Part shown: positions 58,885-64,000 of the stretch, piece by piece
Layout: the number at the start of each line of letters is the position of its first letter
Position numbering within the stretch: position 1 is the first letter of the stretch
Source of the DNA: Phormidium sp.
Lineage (GTDB): Bacteria; Cyanobacteriota; Cyanobacteriia; Cyanobacteriales; Aerosakkonemataceae
Reading direction: 5' to 3'
Assembly (NCBI GenBank): GCA_051013385.1
Contig: CP143273.1
Span: 32,001 to 96,000 of the forward strand
Length of the DNA: 64,000 nt
Made by a program: the position numbers and the translations under genes
Notes under the pieces: model-generated
Seen by the model: the letters and a program-made list of their open reading frames with translations, nothing else
Databases searched by the model: none
Told to the model about the DNA's origin: nothing

Positions 58885-59388
58885 ATGATAGAGATGAAAG
58901 TCGCTGGAATTGCAGTTGATGCAATCACGCGCAGCCCAATTGTACTCCTGAAAGATGGGACTGAGCGACGGGCTTTGCCGATCTACATCGGTCAAGATCA
59001 GGCAAAGTCAATTATCGCCGCCTTGGAAAATCAAGCTCCTCCCCGACCTCTGACCCACGATTTGCTGGTAAATATGTTGGAAGCGTGGGAAATGAAGGTG
59101 GAGCGAATTATTATTCACTCCCTACAGGACAATACTTTTTATGCGGTCTTGACTGTTCGCAAAGGTGAGATCAAAAAAGATATTGATGCTCGTCCTAGTG
59201 ATGCGATCGCAGTGGCGTTGCGTACCAATAGCCCCATCTGGGTGATGGAAGAAGTAATTGCTGATGCTTCTATTCCTGTGGATAGAGATGCTGATGAAGC
59301 AGAACAAAGGGCTTTTCGGGAATTTCTGGAAAATGTTAGACCCGAAGATTTGATTCAGCGACGTGGCTTCAGCAGTGGAGAAGCCTAA
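58885..59388 (+). CDS. Bifunctional nuclease (DUF151)
   Basis: LPIYIG, PRPLTHDL, IDARPSDAIA. Confidence 0.92.
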   Translation: MIEMKVAGIAVDAITRSPIVLLKDGTERRALPIYIGQDQAKSIIAALENQAPPRPLTHDLLVNMLEAWEMKVERIIIHSLQDNTFYAVLTVRKGEIKKDIDARPSDAIAVALRTNSPIWVMEEVIADASIPVDRDADEAEQRAFREFLENVRPEDLIQRRGFSSGEA

Positions 59389-59390
59389 GT

Positions 59391-59476
59391 TGTCATTGGT
59401 CATTGGTCATTAGTCATTGGTTCACAAATGGCTGATCACAAATGACGGATGACAAATGGCAATTGACAAATGACTA
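59391..59476. repeat. Inverted heptamer STRR (GTCATTG / ACAAATG)
   Basis: Tandem heptamers in opposed orientation. Confidence 0.8.
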
Positions 59477-59479
59477 AAT

Positions 59480-60604
59480 ATGCGATATAGGCGTTTTGGT
59501 AAAACCAATCTCTGGCTCTCAGTGTTTTCTCTGGGAACTATGCGCTACTTGGAGTGTGAGGGTAATGCGATCGAAACCGTACAGCAAGCTGTGGCGCAAG
59601 GAATTAATCACATAGAAACAGCCAGAGGCTATGGAAAAAGTGAGGAATACCTGGGAGCAGCATTAAGCGCTGGTTTAGATTTACCACGCTCCCAACTTTA
59701 CATCACTAGTAAAATTCCCCCCACAGCCCAGGCTGATACCATGCGCCGCTATATCGATGATTCTCTGAAGCGGTTAAAAGTTGATTATTTGGATTGTTTG
59801 GCGATTCATGGGTTAAATACTTGGGAACATTTAGATTGGGTAGAAAATGGCTGTGTTTCGGTGGTGCAACAAGCGATCGCAGATGGTCAAGTACGACATT
59901 TTGGTTTTTCTACTCACGGCTCTTTAGAATTGATTTTGAAGGCGATCGACACAGGTTTATTTGAGTTCGTCAATCTGCATTATTATTACTTTTTCCAACG
60001 GAACGCCGCCGCCGTAGAATTAGCAACACAAAAGGATTTGGGAGTTTTCATTATCTCACCTGCTGATAAGGGCGGACGCTTATTTTCCCCACCACCAAAG
60101 TTAAAAGATTTGTGTGCGCCTTTATCTCCTTTAGCTTTGAATTATCGGTTTTTGTTGAGCGATCGCCGCATCACTACCCTGAGTCTAGGAGCCGCTAATC
60201 CCGCCGAACTATCTGGGCCTTTGAGTATAGCAGATCGAGATTACCCTCTGACAACTGAGGAATTAAAAATTTTAGAGGGTCTGCAATCTCATCAATCAGC
60301 TACTCTGGGAACAGACAAATGTAGCCAGTGTTATGCTTGTCTTCCTTGTCCCGAAAATATTAATATTCCTGAAGTTTTACGACTACGAAATCTTGCGGTT
60401 GCTTACGATATGACAGATTATGGTCAATATCGTTATCGAATGTTTGAAAATGCTGGACATTGGTTTCCCGGAGTTAAAGCTAACCGCTGTACTTCCTGCG
60501 GTGAATGTCTCCCCCGTTGTCCAGAAAATTTGGATATTCCCTCTCTGTTAAATGATACCCATCAACGCTTAAATGGCCCAAGTCGCCGCCGACTTTGGGA
60601 ATAA
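59480..60604 (+). CDS. Aldo/keto reductase with C-terminal 4Fe-4S dicluster
   Basis: LGTMR, ETARGYG.SE; CxxCxxC.PCP and CxxCxxC..RCP. Confidence 0.92.
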   Translation: MRYRRFGKTNLWLSVFSLGTMRYLECEGNAIETVQQAVAQGINHIETARGYGKSEEYLGAALSAGLDLPRSQLYITSKIPPTAQADTMRRYIDDSLKRLKVDYLDCLAIHGLNTWEHLDWVENGCVSVVQQAIADGQVRHFGFSTHGSLELILKAIDTGLFEFVNLHYYYFFQRNAAAVELATQKDLGVFIISPADKGGRLFSPPPKLKDLCAPLSPLALNYRFLLSDRRITTLSLGAANPAELSGPLSIADRDYPLTTEELKILEGLQSHQSATLGTDKCSQCYACLPCPENINIPEVLRLRNLAVAYDMTDYGQYRYRMFENAGHWFPGVKANRCTSCGECLPRCPENLDIPSLLNDTHQRLNGPSRRRLWE

Positions 60605-60671
60605 GGAAAATTGTTTGTTGTGACGACTTTAGTCGTTCAAACATTATTACAAATAACTTACGAATCAGGAT

Positions 60672-61187
60672 ATGATTGCTCAATTATTAGTTAAAGGTTC
60701 TCGGAAAAATCTCACTTTTTGGCTAATTTTACTCTTAGCTTGCTTTAATTTGCACCCCGTAAAAGCGCAAGATAGAGCAAGATTTGAGCAAAGAATACAA
60801 AACAATATCTGCCCTAAACCAATTACAGAAAATGATATTTCCCAAACTGGTATTACACCGCCTAGTGTTTGGTGGGCTGCACAAAGATTTGGCAATTTAC
60901 TATTAGATTATTGGTTTAGTTGTCCTGGTGATAGACGGGTATATTTGATAGTAAATCGCCAAATTTGGAATTCCCTAAATTATGTAGAAAAATACGCATT
61001 TGTTAATCATTTTGGTACTTATTCTCGCCCGGATAGATACAATGTGGAAGTATTAAATCCCCAATTAGAAAATTTAGCGGCTTATCGATGTGATTATAGT
61101 GTAAACCCAAGCAATTGCAATTTGTGGGTGGAAAGTTTTGGTAATTATGCACCGCCGCCTTTGCGATCGCCTAACCCTAAACCCTGA
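60672..61187 (+). CDS. Secreted hypothetical protein
   Basis: Signal peptide ending VKA; 171 aa. Confidence 0.7.
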   Translation: MIAQLLVKGSRKNLTFWLILLLACFNLHPVKAQDRARFEQRIQNNICPKPITENDISQTGITPPSVWWAAQRFGNLLLDYWFSCPGDRRVYLIVNRQIWNSLNYVEKYAFVNHFGTYSRPDRYNVEVLNPQLENLAAYRCDYSVNPSNCNLWVESFGNYAPPPLRSPNPKP

Positions 61188-62341
61188 AACCGAATTTCCC
61201 GCCACAAATTTAAGTATTGCTGTTGCGCTTTTTCGGAAAGTGGTAAGATAAATTCACTTCTTTGGTAAACTTCTGGCGAGGGGAAAAGTAACTTTTTCTC
61301 GCGGATACTTTTTGGTAATTCATCCAAACTTTCGCCAGCAAAAATTGGGGAAGCAGCTTTCCCAAAGCGCGAGAATAAAGCTGCTATTTCTGGTTGCCAA
61401 CTAAAATCAATCCAATCCCTAGCTAAACTAAGATTATTATTAGCTTTAGCTGGACTTACCCATAAATCTGCCCAGAGAGAGGTTCCAGACTGGGGAATTA
61501 CTGCTCCAATCATGTTTGGGTAGCGTTGAATTATCGGTAAAATATCTGTAGACCAACCCACAGCTAACCAAGTGTCTCCCAAAATCAAGGGTTGTAAATA
61601 GGTATTATCGCTATAAAATTTTACCTGTCGATCGAGTTCCTTGAGTTCTGATTTCAACTGAGGAATTTTAGCTAATTCTTGAGTGTTGTAAGAGTTTTGG
61701 GGATTAATTTTTTTCAAGGTTAAACCGATGACTTCTCTGGGTTGATCGGGTAAAGAAATGCGATCGCGCAACTCCTCTTTCCATAGATCATTCCAATCTT
61801 GAGGCGGATTTAAACCTTCAGCTTTAAATTTATCCCGACGGTAAACAATCATTGTCGTACCCCAACGATAAGGCGCACCCCAAACAAGTCCTTTTAAATC
61901 AATATTTCCCTGTTGATTGCGGCGCACTAATCGCTGGTATTGTGGAGGTAATTGTTCCCATTGTTTCAATTGAGTGGGATCTAAAGGTTGAATTAACTTT
62001 TGCTCGATCGCAGATGCTAACCAATAATCTCCTAAAGTCACTAAATCTGCGATCGAACTCTGTTTTTCTCTCGCAGTTAACAAAGGAAGCCTTGACCACC
62101 AATTTTGAGATTTTGGTTTTTCTTGTAAACTAGTGAACAAGCTAACTAGTTGTGGTTCTACTGTTAAATCTAATTCACCTATCTGCTTAAATTCTTGGCG
62201 AAATTCATTTAATAGCTGAGCCGGAATAGAATCTTTCAGCAGTCGAATTCTTAAACTTGCCTGTTGCTGACTACTACAACCTGTGAATAAACTGGAAATC
62301 GCTAGAGTGCTAGTACCTAATAAAAAATCGCGTCGCTTCAT
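61145..62341 (-). CDS. Tat lipoprotein, PotD/PotF-like solute-binding protein
   Basis: KRRDFL, lipobox FTGC, PYRWG, W.DLW...L. Confidence 0.85.
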   Translation of the reverse strand: MKRRDFLLGTSTLAISSLFTGCSSQQQASLRIRLLKDSIPAQLLNEFRQEFKQIGELDLTVEPQLVSLFTSLQEKPKSQNWWSRLPLLTAREKQSSIADLVTLGDYWLASAIEQKLIQPLDPTQLKQWEQLPPQYQRLVRRNQQGNIDLKGLVWGAPYRWGTTMIVYRRDKFKAEGLNPPQDWNDLWKEELRDRISLPDQPREVIGLTLKKINPQNSYNTQELAKIPQLKSELKELDRQVKFYSDNTYLQPLILGDTWLAVGWSTDILPIIQRYPNMIGAVIPQSGTSLWADLWVSPAKANNNLSLARDWIDFSWQPEIAALFSRFGKAASPIFAGESLDELPKSIREKKLLFPSPEVYQRSEFILPLSEKAQQQYLNLWREIRFQGLGLGDRKGGGA

Positions 62342-62651
62342 TTAACTTTAAATTGGCAATTTTGCTAGTTAATTTTTCCCAAGGGGATTTTTGTCAATAA
62401 GGATGTTTAATTGACCAGAAATTTACCTAAGCTACAAACAAAGTAACTAGTTTAATTAAGTTAACATAATTCCCTTGGGAAAATCCGGTTTTGCAGCTGG
62501 CAATAGCAACCAAAGAGTAAAATTTCCCCTTACCTGAGAAAGATCCCATAAGAAGAAGAAAGGCAAAAGTTAAATGATTCATAAGCTAGTCAAAATTTAA
62601 GAGTTTATTCTGTAGGATAGAGAGATAGGTTTAACATCATGGGGGTATAAG

Positions 62652-63023
62652 ATGGATTCGATAAAAAATCAAGTTAATGGAATGAATGACAAGATAGATA
62701 CTCTCTGCCAATTGGTTGAACATTTGAATGAGAGGATGGGGGAAATTTTGTCAGAAGTCAAGCGCTCTAACCCAAAAGATACCGATCAGTTTATTGGTAG
62801 AGTCGGAGAACGCCCATCTTACAGTAGTTTGAGTAGAGTAGATGCTGCCTTAGCACACAAAGATATTTTGATAGATAACAGCTACTCAGACTCGAACTCA
62901 GCAAATCGGGAAAAAGAGTTAGGGCCGGAAATTCAAATTCAGCGCTTGACGGCACAACTAACAGCAGCATACAACCGAATTGCTGCCTTAGAAGAACAAT
63001 TACTAGCTAAAAGAGTTTATTAA
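62652..63023 (+). CDS. Hypothetical coiled-coil protein
   Basis: QIQRLTAQLTAAYNRIAALEEQLL. Confidence 0.75.
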   Translation: MDSIKNQVNGMNDKIDTLCQLVEHLNERMGEILSEVKRSNPKDTDQFIGRVGERPSYSSLSRVDAALAHKDILIDNSYSDSNSANREKELGPEIQIQRLTAQLTAAYNRIAALEEQLLAKRVY

Positions 63024-63041
63024 CAATTTGGCGGTGTAATT

Positions 63042-64000
63042 TTACTGATGTTGTTCTAACCGTGCTGCTAAAAGTTCGACAGCGTGGAGAAGTTGGCTAT
63101 GATTCCACCCTTGATAAAGCTCAGCTGCAATACAAGCAGCACCTGCTCCGACTCCTTCTTTGACGTATCCCTGCTCATAAACTCGTAATTTTTCATAGCA
63201 AGAATTAGCAAAACTGAAGTTATTACTCAGCAAAGGAACTGAACCAACAATTTGAGCTAAACCTACTGTGTCACCTGTAGGATCTTCTGCAACCCAGCGA
63301 GTTGTACCGACGACTATTTGTTCCTGTTGCCAAGGTAAAGAAAATTCTGTGACTATAGCCTGAATTAAGGCATAAACAGCTAACATTTGGGTTCCTCCAG
63401 CGAGCATTACCCCGGAGATTCTACTAGCTGCGATCGCCATTCCCGCAACCACAATTTGCATCGGATCGCCAACAGCTGCTACTAATTGTAGCGCCCCCAA
63501 AGCAGCGGGGAATTTGTCAAAATCGAGCCAACCTGCTGCTTTTAGTCCCTGCTGTACCACAGCCCACTTTTGTTGATGATTACATTGGGGGTGACTACTA
63601 TTAACTTTACCAACAGCAGCAAAACCTAAACCAGTGAGTACTGCTAATGCAGTAGTAGTTCCACCAACTACACATTCACTTAAAATTAGCCAACTGGATG
63701 GATGTAGGGTGGCTAACTTTTCTCCCCAAACTAACCCTTGATTTAGCAAACTTTTAACTATAACTAGATCGAGGGCTTTTCCTGTAGTTAAACAATTAGC
63801 CGCTTCACCTCCTAAATCAATAGTTGGGATCGCTGGTGGTTGCAGTAAACCTGCATTAAATATATAGAGAGGCAAGGAAAGAGACTCAACCACAGCACGA
63901 GAAATTAACACTGGGGAAGCGCCTGCGTGCAATGGTGGCAAGGGATATTTTGGCTCCGGTGAAGGGCCATTATATAAAAATTCTGCATCAGCTAGGGCGG
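63042..64000 (-). CDS. cobT: CobT-like nicotinate-nucleotide phosphoribosyltransferase (5' end outside the window)
   Basis: ECVVGGTTTA, GDPMQ, LAGGTQM, VKEGVGAG. Confidence 0.85.
   Translation of the reverse strand, partial: ALADAEFLYNGPSPEPKYPLPPLHAGASPVLISRAVVESLSLPLYIFNAGLLQPPAIPTIDLGGEAANCLTTGKALDLVIVKSLLNQGLVWGEKLATLHPSSWLILSECVVGGTTTALAVLTGLGFAAVGKVNSSHPQCNHQQKWAVVQQGLKAAGWLDFDKFPAALGALQLVAAVGDPMQIVVAGMAIAASRISGVMLAGGTQMLAVYALIQAIVTEFSLPWQQEQIVVGTTRWVAEDPTGDTVGLAQIVGSVPLLSNNFSFANSCYEKLRVYEQGYVKEGVGAGAACIAAELYQGWNHSQLLHAVELLAARLEQHQ

Overview
AT-rich DNA from a cyanobacterium, probably filamentous. This is supported by about 50 HIP1 (GCGATCGC) sites counted by eye, 7-8 bp STRR tandem repeats, psb28, ndhF1/ndhD1 and phytochrome genes. 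Housekeeping genes (ilvA, psb28, moaB, recJ, ycf30, trxC, ndhF1, ndhD1, birA, riboflavin synthase, cobT-like) are interleaved with accessory DNA: Uma2 and DUF29 genes, toxin-antitoxin modules, MITEs, a deleted TnpB element, a RAYT with its REPs, and a Yfr2-like sRNA. The best candidate for an undescribed system is a six-gene minus-strand operon at 19508-22708. It encodes three mutually paralogous small proteins, two of them with membrane-like N-termini, and a single-ring AAA+ ATPase. The ATPase shares a 16-aa N-terminal tag with one paralog and a C-terminal motif with another, and the operon is divergent from an HTH regulator. A second candidate is a C39 peptidase-ABC exporter/HlyD locus (44622-48344) with a double-glycine precursor whose 53-aa core contains 21 Tyr, 11 Arg and no acidic residue. 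All family assignments come from motif recognition by eye; no database searches were run.
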